Source: Eledone cirrhosa
Taxonomy: Eukaryota
Length of the DNA stretch: 64,000 nucleotides
NCBI GenBank assembly: GCA_964016885.1
Contig: OZ024742.1
Span: 210,304,001 to 210,368,000 of the forward strand
Direction: 5' to 3'
Shown here: piece by piece, positions 12,101 to 22,592 of the stretch
Numbering within the stretch: position 1 is the first letter of the stretch
Layout of the letters: the number at the start of each line of letters is the position of its first letter
Notes under the pieces: generated by a model
Databases searched by the model: none
Seen by the model: only the letters and a program-made list of their open reading frames with translations
What the model was told of the DNA's origin: nothing
Made by a program: the position numbers and the translations under genes

Positions 12101-15100
12101 TGAGCTAAAAAGAGAATAGAACATCTACGAGAACATTTGATCTGGCAAAAATAGCAGCCAAATATCCCTCAAATCACATCCTAGAATCTTAGAAATAGAA
12201 GAGCAGTGTAGTCTTAGACATGTCAAAAAAACAGAAAGGTCTGAACTAGAATGCCTTTCATCAGGTCTGCTCAATAAGAGCTGACCTTGAGTTAAACAAC
12301 AGCAGCAACACATTTTTTAGAGGTGTCCAAGCAGCTTAATAAAGTATATGATTCATTTAGCTACAGTATCAGCAATGGCTTTGAAAATACTAACCAAAAG
12401 AGATAAGCACACACATTTCAGCTTCAGTGAATGAAATAAGTTAATTTAAATTAGTCACTGCAGGTGGTCATACTGATTCCACCAATAAAAATCACCCAGT
12501 CAACCTTGTAAGATGATCATATTGGTGCCACAACAAAAAGCATCTGTAAGGTGGTTGTCCTGGTATGACAAAGATGCACCCAGTTCACCCTATAACGGAA
12601 TACTCCTACATATTACCGGCGAAGATTCGAAATCAAATCTGAGCTTTCCCGCCTCTGGGACAAGCCATGGTTAGTTGTTTACGCCCGGCAGACCAACCCC
12701 TAGGGAGATGCTAAAAACAGGTCAGATATTGTTTAAGCCTGGCAAAAAAGAGGTCAGATGATATATCCATCCTTCTAACTTCAACCCTTATAAATACAAG
12801 GATTGTTTATGCCCGGTAGACCAATCCCTTGGGAGATGCTAACCACAGGTCAGATGATATATCTATCCTTCTAACTTCAACCGTTATAAATACAAGGGTT
12901 GTTTACGCCCGGCAAAAAAAGTGACACCACAGATAAGACAAGACGTATTTCACCAACGCTGTCAAACCTTCACGAAAAACAGTCTGTCCACTAATTTCTC
13001 ACACGCCATTCCCGCCTGGCTGATTGAATCCTACTACTGCTAAGACAAGAAAGTATACTAATACGCACAAACGCACACATAGTAAGTTCACACTGCTTGC
13101 ATTTTACATTCACCATTACTGTCTGTCATATTGTATCTTTCAGATACAATACAAATTATATTATATAGTATTCTGTGATACTTGTATTTACGTGGCTCGA
13201 AGAGCCACCAACTTATTGTACGGATATTTCATGTTATAGATTTTATCATTCAATATTCAAATTGAATATTGTTATAATAAAATAAACATTGTAACAACAC
13301 AATCCTGGTATTATTCTTTGCATTGAAACCATCATACCAACAATTCCATCTATCCGTTACAACCCTGTAATGTGATCATACTCATATCACGACAAAAAAG
13401 CACCCAGTCCACCCAGCAAGGAGGTTGTACTGTTGCCTCAACAAAAAGTACCTAGTCCACTCTGTAAAGTGGTAGCAGTGGTGCCATGAAAACATCTCCC
13501 AATGCATACTGTAATGTGGTTTACATTAGGAAAGGCATCCAATCATAGAAAATGAAGCCCAATGATGATGATGATTTCAGCTTCATTGAATGAAGTAACT
13601 GAATTTAAATTAGTCACTGCTTACCTTAGTGTCCGTTATTTGTACATTCTGTTGCTGCCTGTAAAAGAGAATAAAGAAGGAAAATGTTATTTAATTGAAA
13701 ATATTAATTGTAAGCATTTTTCAAATTACTGAAAGTATTAAAAGTAGTATTTATGTCCAATGCTTATGACAAATAAAGAAGACGTTAACCCTTTAGCATT
13801 TAAACCGGCTGTATCTGGCCAGAATTCTCTCACCTCTTCATGTTCAAACCAGCCATAACTGGTTGCTCATACTGACGTTAGAGTATTGTTCTCAAAATAA
13901 ATAACATCAAAATCTTGTAGATACGATATTATGTGAGATAATTGTGTAAGATAAAGCCTTTACCACAAAAATACAATAGTATATATAGAGTAATGTAAAT
14001 GCTAAAGGGTTAAACCAGACAACGATGGTGGTGGTGACCATAATGATGTGATTCCCGTCAAATCACTAACAAAACTCAGATCTTTTTTGATGCACGTCAA
14101 TTAAGGGATATTCTACTGAATGTCATTTATGCAAACAGCAATTCTAAAGGAAAAAGTTTAGAGTTAGAATAGTAACTATCCTTGATCAAAAGTTTAAAAA
14201 AACCAAATTTTTCAGTGTTTTCTTTTCAATAGTTAGACCTCACTAGTGGTTAGCTTAATGTAAATAACAGCTGAAATATTAGATCTGACTAAAGTCTATT
14301 CCCATGACAATACATGTACAATGGGAGGAAGGATAGACCATATTGGTCTATTACGTTAGGCTAACAGATTAATCCTTATAAGGGTTTCACTGTATGAAAA
14401 GAAGCAGCAGTCTTACTTTGTAAGGGTTAACAGCAACAGAAAAGCCTGTTTGTAGAATACATGCAGATATAAAAATTTGTAGATATATCTAACTTAACCC
14501 TTTAGCATTTACATTACTCTATATTTACTATTGTATTTTCATGGTAAAGGCTTTACCTCACATAATATCGAATCTATGAGATTTTGATAGTATTTATTTT
14601 GAGAACAATACCTTAACATCAGTATGATCACCCGGTTACAACTGGTTTGAACAGAGAGAAAGGTGAAAAAAGGTGAGAGAATTCTGGCCGGATAAGGCCA
14701 GTTTAAATGCTAAAGGATTAATGGAGTATGAAAATATAGCTATATGTTAAGTTGAAACAAAATCGATGCAAAAAGAAAAATTATTGATCACTTGTAGTGT
14801 AAGAATCAATTTTAGAGCAATATTGATATTATATTGCTATTTATCATAAATTTATGAATTAATGCTTCTCTTCATAGATCAACTATATGACTACTGCATT
14901 CACTAGCTATTAAACTGGATACCACATTGGAATACTACTCAGATATATAGGACAGTGTTACTGCTACATACACAAACATCTAAGAACATCTGACATCAAC
15001 AAAGATCCACTCAACACTCTTTCCTGCAAATATTGGTTAACAGATATTCAAATTGACCTTTAATCTGACCAGTGTGGGATAACCTCCAAAGATCATGAAC

Positions 15101-15640
15101 ACTTACTTCCTCATCATCATCATCACTATTTAACATCCATTTTCTATGCTAGCATGGGTTAGACATGTCTCATTGTGAGACAAGTCAGATCAGGTGACCG
15201 TGTCTTGCTCATACAGAACTGTTTCTGGCTTGGTTTCTATGGCTGGATGCCCTTCCTAGTGCCATCCACATTTATAGTGTTGACTGGGTGCTTTTTATCG
15301 TGGCACCAAACTGACCAACTGACAGGTTGGACTGGGTACATTTTCATTGTGTTACTTGCCTGACCTGTAAAGGGTGGACTAGGTGCTTTTGGTCGTGTCT
15401 CCTTTAACTAAATTAAAATATAGAAAATTGATGATGTTTGTAATGACAGTAAAAGTCATCATAATGATAAGCCAATGATGATTATAATAACAGGAATGTT
15501 ATTAACATACCGTAATCTACTGTTTTCATTTTTCAACATTTGAATCTCAGACTTTACTTCAACCAGTTGTTTCTGTGCATCACCAACCACAGAAAATGTC
15601 TCGAAAGCTGTAGGAGGCAGGAGTTGGAATTCACTATGTT
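37..15640 (-). CDS. CCHCR1: Coiled-coil alpha-helical rod protein 1 homologue, multi-exon; 5' end uncertain, 3' end beyond the left edge of the window
   Basis: Seven GT-AG exons with mutually consistent phases (15511-15640, 13625-13658, 10021-10386, 7995-8170, 4887-5022, 2379-2486, 37-159). The peptides LLKVQLSSINEILTLQEAELS and LVLRWREKVFSVMVQHK match remembered human CCHCR1 (LLQVRVQSLTHILALQEEELT; LLNRWREKVFALMVQLK). Confidence 0.85.
1875..2015. mobile_element. piggyBac-type MITE, truncated copy
   Basis: Ends in aaatgctaaaggg|TTAA; the body matches the copies at 13789, 14498 and 35386. Confidence 0.7.
2379..2486 (-). CDS. CCHCR1: CCHCR1 exon (VVTKEKEHLQSSNDLLKVQLSSINEILTLQEAELSQ)
   Basis: 108 nt, phase 0/0, acceptor tttatattccatag, donor CAG|GTTAG. 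Confidence 0.88.
2603..3170 (-). mobile_element. 5'-truncated RTE-clade LINE 3' end with (ATG)n tail
   Basis: ORF remnant GVGRPRKTWDDLINSDL...DRELWR, typical of the RTE C-terminus; (CAT)n at 2603-2630. Confidence 0.8.
3222..3872 (+). mobile_element. 5'-truncated RTE-clade LINE 3' end with (GAT)n tail
   Basis: YGHVMCMKDDSCIKRC...GRPRKTWDEMIKAD...DRDHWR; internal tandem units; tail at 3855-3872. Confidence 0.8.
4357..4718. mobile_element. hAT (Charlie-like) MITE
   Basis: TIRs CAACGGTCACCAAC / GTTGGCGACCGCTG; perfect 8-bp TSD ATTTAAAT (4349-4356 and 4719-4726). Confidence 0.9.
4887..5022 (-). CDS. CCHCR1: CCHCR1 exon (SKSREIKNLNQQLQQLKTYIGESENVPKCKEVLETEKEVLQSKLK)
   Basis: 136 nt, phase 2/0, strong pyrimidine tract tttcttttttctcttcag, donor GTAAAA; LKTYIGE resembles human LRKYVGE. 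Confidence 0.85.
5300..5965 (+). mobile_element. Three degenerate copies of an (AAC)n-tailed SINE-like repeat (agaaatagcagccaaatctccctcaaatcaca family)
   Basis: The same motif recurs at ~680, 12140, 34420 and 34742. Confidence 0.6.
6201..6370. mobile_element. Short hAT-like MITE
   Basis: Termini CAGGGTCT ... AGTCCCTG, internal GGGCCC motifs, partly matching flanks cttcaggt/cttcgata. Confidence 0.55.
6721..6931. repeat. 29-bp minisatellite, about 7 copies (TACACTGGTTTCACTTTGGAGGTGAATAT)
   Basis: Units start at 6751, 6780, 6809, 6838, 6867 and 6896, with a partial unit upstream. Confidence 0.92.
7015..7706. mobile_element. hAT (Charlie-like) non-autonomous element
   Basis: TIRs CAGTGTTTCCCAAC / GTTGGGAAACCCTG; 8-bp TSD ctttaaac/ctctaaac. 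Confidence 0.88.
7995..8170 (-). CDS. CCHCR1: CCHCR1 coiled-coil exon (IKILNCDSDVHIKNQ...QKQEEI)
   Basis: 176 nt, phase 0/2, acceptor ttttttgtttcag, donor GTGATT; lies inside ORF 7991-8179. Confidence 0.8.
9300..9615 (+). mobile_element. Degenerate RTE LINE C-terminal fragment
   Basis: QLQYYGHVVKISQERTAGQIL...RGKP...VASDKTHWKAC with stops; (GAA)n-like tail. Confidence 0.6.
10021..10386 (-). CDS. CCHCR1: CCHCR1 coiled-coil exon (YVSPTSVASPEF...KKNIFENQ)
   Basis: 366 nt open frame, phase 0/0, acceptor tttctttatttacag, donor CAG|GTGAAA. Confidence 0.82.
10435..10655 (+). mobile_element. tRNA-derived SINE with a Meta/Nin-like core (gcctttcatccttNNggggtcgataaaataaagtaccag family)
   Basis: Box A/B-like head plus a conserved core; other copies at ~290, 740, 6530, 32222, 36050, 36232, 37480, 40900 and 61462. 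Confidence 0.75.
11310..11955. repeat. ~32-bp minisatellite, about 20 copies (CACTGTACACAGAAGGATCAAATATAGCCACC)
   Basis: Tandem periodicity is directly visible. Confidence 0.92.
12591..13361 (+). mobile_element. Solo LTR, probably Gypsy/Ty3
   Basis: Termini TATAACGG...CCGTTACA, 4-bp TSD ACCC (12587-12590 and 13362-13365), internal TATAAATA and AATAAA; it interrupts a SINE tandem unit; second copy at 54658. Confidence 0.85.
13625..13658 (-). CDS. CCHCR1: CCHCR1 34-nt small exon (QQQNVQITDTK)
   Basis: Acceptor ccttctttattctcttttacag, donor AAG|GTAAG; its phase 2/0 is exactly what is needed to join the flanking exons. Confidence 0.75.
13789..14009. mobile_element. piggyBac-type MITE
   Basis: TTAA|CCCTTTAGCATTT ... 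AAATGCTAAAGGG|TTAA. Confidence 0.9.
14498..14717. mobile_element. piggyBac-type MITE, inverted relative to the 13789 copy
   Basis: TTAA TSDs, CCCTTTAGCATTT TIR; the body is the reverse complement of 13789-14009. Confidence 0.88.
15511..15640 (-). CDS. CCHCR1: CCHCR1 N-terminal exon (HSEFQLLPPTAFETF...KNENSRLR)
   Basis: 130 nt, phase 1/2, acceptor tatacctacag, donor CG|GTATGT; LLPPTAFE resembles the human N-terminal LIPPSHFQ. Confidence 0.75.
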
Positions 15641-16499
15641 CTGTAGGTATAAATAGGACATATTTTTAAAGATATTTCTGTCAGGAATGCTTCCCATCTT
15701 CAAAACAATTTTTAAATTGATTAATTTATAACATTCATAATCAAAGCACCACAGACACACACTCTTAAAGTAGTTCTCATATTACTAAAAGCACTGGCTA
15801 GTTATCAATATTGAAATGGGTTGGCTATAACAGTATCTGTTCAATAGTTTCTGATTTAGTAATTTTTTCAGTGGTGTTATTTGTTTAGAAGCAGTTGTCT
15901 TGAACTACCAATAACCATAAAAATGTAAAATAGGATTTGCAATAGATTTACAGAAAAATTCATGGTAATGAGTCTAAATAATTTATAAAAATATCTCCAC
16001 AAGTGGACGGACTGTTGTGAAAATTTACAGTACACTTTAATTTTTTCATGTGATGCAGTCATAGAGTATACCAGCTACTCTATAATATGTACTTTAAAAT
16101 ATATATGAATAAATATATACAACAGTTTAAAAAAAGGCACTCAATGCATGTGTGAAAGTGGAATCAGGACACAAAGAATTAATTAACCTTTCATTTAAAA
16201 TCACTTCTTGTATTTATTCTTCCTAGGAACTACATTAAGGATGTACATGTCCGTGGGATGCACAGCCACTTACATGCTAATTTCACATGCAAACAGCTTC
16301 ATTGGTTGAATTAGTTGATTCAATCAATGGAACTGCCAGCTTATGAAATATGAAAAAAGGATTTTCTTAGTTTTTAAAAAAAGCAACCATTATAATTATT
16401 TCAAACTCTGGAGTACAGAAATAAATTCTCAAAAAAAAACCTTTTTTTTCTTCTTTTTGCTCACCCAAGCAAGGAAATAAGGCCACTAAAATGCAAGGA

Positions 16500-17690
16500 A
16501 AGGAGAAAGACAAGACAGAACATACATAATACAAGGCAAGAGAAGTTGATGATTGATGTGGCTTTTGAATTATTGCAAATTGTAGTGGTCAGGAAAGCAT
16601 GAAGCTGAAAGAGAATTCCCTAGGCGATATGTGCAAGGGAAAAAACTATCAGAAAAGAATTTGTAATTACACTTAGGAATTTCAACTGTAAAAGAATGAG
16701 ACCTAGCCACCAATCTGATACTCCATTTAAACTCGTGAACATGAGGCAACAAAGAGGAAAGCTTATCAAAACAATTCCCATCAAAATATTTGTAAAAAGG
16801 CATAGTCAGCATTTTAATGGTGTGATAGTGAATGAAGCTGACATAAGTCAGGATCAATAATGTTGCCAATTCTTCTTTGCATCCTATCTAGACTCTCATG
16901 GTGCACAACAGAAGCACCAGACTAGGTGTGGCAACAGTACTCAATACAAGGACACATGGTAGATTTATAAAGATTTAAGATATTTTCAGGTATGAAAAAC
17001 TTAGAGGAAACCAACTTTTGGGGCAGCAGACTTGGCAATCAATATGATATATTCATTCCAGTTCAAATCATTGGTAAATGTCAGACAAAGAAGACAATAT
17101 AGAGTTACTCTCTTGGGAGATATGACCAGCTATACTAATGGAAAGCAAAAATAGTTCTATATGGCGATTAAAAGAGAGCAGTTTAGTCTTAGATGCATTA
17201 AAAGGTAACAAGCCATTTTTTGGCTCACTCAAAAATAGATCGAAGGTCATATTCAAGATCAGCAGCCAATTCAACTTCATCAAACATATCAGACTTACCA
17301 TTAAGACAAGAATAGAGAGTTGTGTCATCAACATAGATACCAAGCTAAGAAAATATATCATTGAAAAGATCAGTATACGACCCATGACCGAGCCTTGATA
17401 AGCACCTGCATTGATGTAGAAAAACCTAGAAGACTAGTCATTCAAGACAACCACCGGGAGAACAAATAGAAAAATTAACAATCTGTGTGAGAGATAGAGC
17501 GATTGAAAAATTGAAAGTGTATATGCCAGTAACATCTGTAGTGTTAGAATGAGTAAGCCAGTTATCGAGAACATTGAAGTCACCTAGCACAAAGATATTT
17601 GCAGAAAGATGTAAGAGAAAGTGCCTCATCGATACTGTCTGAGATTTTATCAAACATACTACAATCTTCGGATGAGGAGTGAGGGAGGGG
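16500..17690 (-). mobile_element. Degenerate, internally deleted CR1-group LINE
   Basis: APE remnant IFVLGDFNV...LTQIVNF, RT remnant IYVDDTTLYS, and C-terminal SFFP..RL.NSL.ASCFPDHYNLQ. Confidence 0.75.
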
Positions 17691-18453
17691 GGGGTAAAGA
17701 AAAAGAGAAATATCTAATAGATAATTCAAGGGATTTTTTCAAATGAAAACACCAAGACCATGTATATGAATCATAGAATATTTTTGGTAAAGCAGGAGAT
17801 AGCCAGGTACAGAGAAGTCACTACTAGAAATTGAAGAATTTAATAATAAACATCCCAATTTCAATTTCTGTTCTTGAACGTTTCAAAGAAAGTCAAGAAT
17901 TATGTGACTTGTTGGGATTCCTTGCCCTGTATATTTCAGGAAGCTTCTAGCATAGACTGCTAGAAATAGCAATCAAATCTCCGTTAAAAAAAAGAAGAGA
18001 CGGTCATATCTGGGACGCCTTTCATCACAGATGTTTACCCAACCAAGGATGATTTGACGATTACTAACACCATCCTCCGTATATTTTCCTACTTCCGCAA
18101 CTTTATTAGCTTCCAGTACGGAAGATATTACTTCTAATATTATTTCTATCCATCTTATCCTGCATTTCTTTGCCAAGTTAAATACATTCAACTAGTATAA
18201 TATAAATGTGCTAAAATAAACATGATACGCTTAACAGTTCTCTAAGTAAATTCCTTTCTGGTAGTCAGTTTATATTTTGAACACCGATTAGATACACACT
18301 TTTAAAGTAGATGCGATTGTAAAAATAATATATAGCATACTTTTAATGTAATCAAAAACATTCATAGAACAGAAGTAATAAGAGTATCTAGTAAACTGCT
18401 GGTAAATCTTTTAGTAAATACAGAAAGCTTTTTAATTTGATTATGAAATTTAC

Positions 18454-18720
18454 CGCCATCAGTTGCTAAGCGACAAACATAGCGCTGGATATTTTCTTTG
18501 TTTTCTTAATATTACAGTTTAAAATTAATAAAATTAGATAAAATAAAAGGAAATAAGTTAACAATATAAATTTACAATATAAATAATAATTGATAACGGT
18601 ATATATATACAAAGAAAAGCGCACAAAACCGAAAACAAACCCTTCAAATGAGCTGCCATTGTTCATACGAAAATAGCGGTATGTCGTAAATAGAAATTAG
18701 GCTATACGTTGTTAGCAATA
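18454..18720 (-). promoter_or_regulatory. Probable first exon/promoter region of CCHCR1
   Basis: Local CpG enrichment and ATGGCG|GTAAAT donor at 18454. It is phase 0 and does not join the phase-1 exon at 15640 directly, so an intermediate exon (possibly near 18070) or a non-coding first exon is needed. Confidence 0.35.
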
Positions 18721-19411
18721 AATTTTCCAAGCTATTTCAGGCTTCATTAACTGTTTATATCAAAACTATTTGATTTAATTTATATTTTTCGTGTTCGTTC
18801 GTTAAGATGACAGTTCACCCAATCTATATTGTTTATCAATTATCGAAAGTATATACAAAACTGTTTCACTCAGAAAATTGCATTATAGCTTTGCAGGAAA
18901 TATTTTGAAGATTTTTTTTTTATATTTTATTTATGTCTGACGCTAGAAATCAAAATAGCTAAGGTGTTTATTTTCAAGGGAAATAACTCTGTTGTCGCTA
19001 TAAAACATTTCCCCACATTTTATAAGTATATTTAGTTATAACCCTTTATGTTCCGAGTTAGATCCTTAAAGGTTAACTTTGTCTTACATCCCTCAGTGAT
19101 TAATACTGAAGTCGATATAATCAACTATAGCCCTTACCGAAATTTGACGCATTGTGCCTTTGTAAGAAATCAGTATTTTAGAGAATGTTTTATTTTTAGG
19201 TATGTATTAAAACAAGTTTTAAAAATAATTAATTCTTTTTGTTTTAACATTTGTAATTAAATAAACAATTTTATTCCAGGCGAAACTTTAAAACTTTACC
19301 AGTGAATAAAATTATTTCCTCGAGTAAAAATATATCGAAATTAGAATTCAGCATATGCAAAGGATTTTTGTTCAAGGGAGCCAACTCCGCGTCATTTGCA
19401 ACTTTTCCAAT

Positions 19412-19790
19412 GTAATATCTACTACCGTTCGAGGTGTTGGGCCGCTAACTGCGAGGTTCTTGGCGGCTCGCCTAAACGAGGTAACTGGTGATGTTCGTGA
19501 AGGCGCTTGGCTGTTCCAGCGCATGAGCCTCGCCACCACCCGAGGTAACACTGCGAGTTTGCTGTCTTGCCTCAATAATTATTAGAGGTTTCTCAGTGCT
19601 CCTGGCATTATCGTTATCTTTTGTTCTGGCAGCGGTTCGTTTGTCCACCCCTTTCGCTTGCCTTTTGTTGTATGTGGTCCAAGATGTGTGTATTACCTGC
19701 TTGTCTGTTTCTTTTTTCCTTTACTTTTTTATTTGTAATATTATTTATACAATTGTGAATAAACCCTTATTTAGTTACAGAAAAGTGAAC
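19412..19790 (+). mobile_element. CRE-clade non-LTR retrotransposon 3' fragment
   Basis: FLAARLNEVTGDVREGAWLFQRMSLATTRGN matches the CRE RLE C-terminal motif (TGD.RE..FL.QR.S.A..RGN). Confidence 0.7.
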
Positions 19791-19869
19791 TATTAAATCA
19801 TTGTATAAAATATAGTATTCGCAAGACGTCATTAAGTTGACTTGTATACTTTGTATCGGAAAGGATACA

Positions 19870-20870
19870 ATTGAATTTTTTTATGCAGCTCTCTGGCTAC
19901 AACCAAAGAGATAGAATCAGAGTATACAAAGAAGCCACAGAGAAATATAAGACCCTCATAGAAATGGGCATGAAAGGAATTTGCCTATTATACAGGAGAA
20001 AATCATGGGATAGCTTAGATAGGACTAAACATAAGATAGGGAAAGCCACAGAAAATGCCAAAGTGTCATGTTTGTGGATGCTACCCTTGGAGGGAAATTA
20101 GCTAACCAATGTAGAAAGGTCATAAGAAAGACCCATCTAAAGATTAAAGTGGTAGAAAAGCCAGGAACTACCATAAAATCCCTGATCAGCAAAACATACC
20201 TTTTTAAGAAAACCCACTGTACTAATAAGAAATGTGTTATATGTAGAATGAACCCTCAAATGAATTGTAAAACTAGAAATGTAATCTATAGCATAAGATG
20301 CACAGAGAGTACTTGCAGAAACATGACAACGACATACATAGGTGATACAGCTCGAAACATAGGAAAGGGAATAGACTAACACGGATGGGGGGGGGGGGGC
20401 TAAAAGGACAAAAAGAAGGTTCATTATTATATGACCACGCCAGAGAAAGTCATGACGGTAATATAGACAACATAGAAATGAAAATAATATTTAAACATAG
20501 AAATGACTCAACAGGTAGACAAATCAGAGATGCGACTGAAATAGAACTAAGACAACCAAAGTTGAACAGAAAAAACAAATGGAATAACAACACCCAAACC
20601 TAAACACACAATACTGACCTAAGGTAAATATAAATAAATAAATATATACATAAGTGCAATAACAACAAACACACATAAACACACAGTGAACAAAAACACA
20701 TAGACTCAAACACGAACACACACACCAAACAGAAAACACACACGCAAACAGAGACAGAGACAAAAATAAATAACTAGATTTTTTTTTAAATGGGTAGACA
20801 TTACAATACAACGGGGGGGGGAAACATAATAGTACCACTGATGTCACAGATGTGTGACGAAAGAACTTTG
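19870..20870 (+). mobile_element. Penelope-like element 3' part with GIY-YIG endonuclease (Naiad-like), frameshifted
   Basis: MFVDAT.GG.LA, C-x4-CxxC...C linker, NVIYSIRC...YIGDTAR, H..E.H, RQI..A..I...PKLNRKNKW. Confidence 0.8.
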
Positions 20871-21061
20871 ATAGACTATATATATCTGTGTTTTAACCAT
20901 TGGTCAATCAATGATAAACATTGATTGCCAGATAAATTAACTATGGCGATATAAACGATACAGAAGCTAAAACCAAACCAAATAGTGTGTTTTATTATTA
21001 TTTCTGGCAATATTATAACAATATGACTCTCCCCAAATATAACAATATATATATATATATA

Positions 21062-21300
21062 CAGTTGTCCCCCAGTTTTCGCGGGGGTTACGTTCCCAGA
21101 GCACCCGCGAAGAGTGGAAAACCGCGAACATTGGACGTGGTCCATAAAAATGCCTATAAACATCAAAACATAACGTAAAATATAGGCCGGTAAATACGGT
21201 ATATTGTTATTAATAATTTAGCGTTAAAAAGCGTGAAAAAATATATATATTGCCACGAAAAGTTGCCTCCCCTGCAATAATTATATTTTATCCCCAAACT
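21062..21300. mobile_element. Tc1/mariner-pogo (Tigger-like) MITE end
   Basis: TA|CAGTTGTCCCCCAGTTTTCGCGGGGGTTACGTTCC terminus inside a TA run; the second end was not found. Confidence 0.6.
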
Positions 21301-21574
21301 GCCAAAATACACATCTATTTGGATATGCACTACGATTTATGTACATGTTACGTTTATAGCATATCGATGTTTTCTGGCAATTTTAGTGTGCACAGAGCTA
21401 AACTAATCACTGCAACTAAATTGTCCAAATTTGCACAATCCCTCCCCTCCCCCCTCCGATTCAGAAATGCTTCCACCGCTCTTGACTCGTACGTACACAC
21501 GCACATATATACATACATCCATCCATCGATCAATACATACATACGCACACATGCACGCACATACACACACACAC

Positions 21575-22036
21575 TCATACATACATACATACATACATAC
21601 ATACATACATACATACATACATACATACATGGTGGCTGCCAACTCGTTTTCGAGTACGGCCACTACTTTATATCCATGTAGGAGAACCCCTACCGATGCG
21701 CTGAACAAGTGTGACTTTTTAGTCCAGCCAGTGACTTGAAAACTCTGGTACAAACACTACACCTGTGACACTTATTGACACATAGTGCTGGGCCCATTGT
21801 ACCATGTGACGACAAGTGCAGAGAGATCTCCAGATATAAAGCAATGCCTGTGACGTGAAGCTTTTATAGTGAGCAAAGGCACTGCACAAAGCCAGTCCCA
21901 CTCTCTTAACCAAGATGATATTTATCAAAAAGAAGAACAAGTCAACATCATTGGATACCTTCAGGGTTGCAGGTGTTATATCAGAGTTTTCCTTCTCCTA
22001 GAATTCTGCCTTGACAAAGGCTAAGGGGTCATCTCT
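21575..22036 (-). mobile_element. Non-autonomous bipartite RTE derivative with (TATG)n tail
   Basis: 21876-22036 is visibly homologous to 31815-31995 (RTE 5'UTR motif TAGGAGAAGGAAAACTC); the 3' end resembles 22070-22110. Confidence 0.6.
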
Positions 22037-22112
22037 CATACATACATACATACATTCATACATACATACATGATGGCTGCCCCCTCGTTATCAAGTATGG
22101 CCATTGCACGAG

Positions 22113-22139
<27 letters not shown>

Positions 22140-22143
<4 letters not shown>

Positions 22144-22442
22144 TATCATCATCATTTCATTTCATTTTTACGTCCTCTTTTCCCTGTTTGCAAGGGTGGG
22201 ACGGGAACTGATTCTGGCTTGATTTCTACAGCTGGATGCCCTTCCTAACACCAACCTCATTTACAGTGAGTGCTGGGTGCTTTTTTGCCGTGGCACCTAC
22301 ACGACCACTTTGCAGAGTAAACTGGAGCAATGTGAAATAAAGTGTCTTGCTCAAGGAAACAACACATCACTCGGTCTGAGAATTGAACTCACAACCTTTC
22401 GATTGCAAGGCCAATGCTCTAACCACTAAGCCATGTGCCTCC
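22140..22442 (-). mobile_element. tRNA-derived SINE with RTE-type (ATG)n tail (tgaaataaagtgtcttgctcaagg family)
   Basis: tRNA-like head at 22375-22442; related copies at ~1190, 54190 and 60090. Confidence 0.7.
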
Positions 22443-22592
22443 ATTATATATATTAATAACAATAATAATAAATAGCAACAATAATAATAACGACAACAAC
22501 AACAATAATAATATACATATACATATATATATACACACACACGCACACACATAAACATATCTATACACACACACACACACACACGATAGCAA

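Noticed and set aside
19870-20870. Selenoprotein-encoding Naiad copy
   Set aside because: No convincing in-frame TGA at a Cys position and no SECIS could be identified by eye in this fragment.
21250-21753. Overlapping ORFs of 90-143 aa on both strands
   Set aside because: They are produced by stop-free (TACA)n and (CA)n microsatellites.
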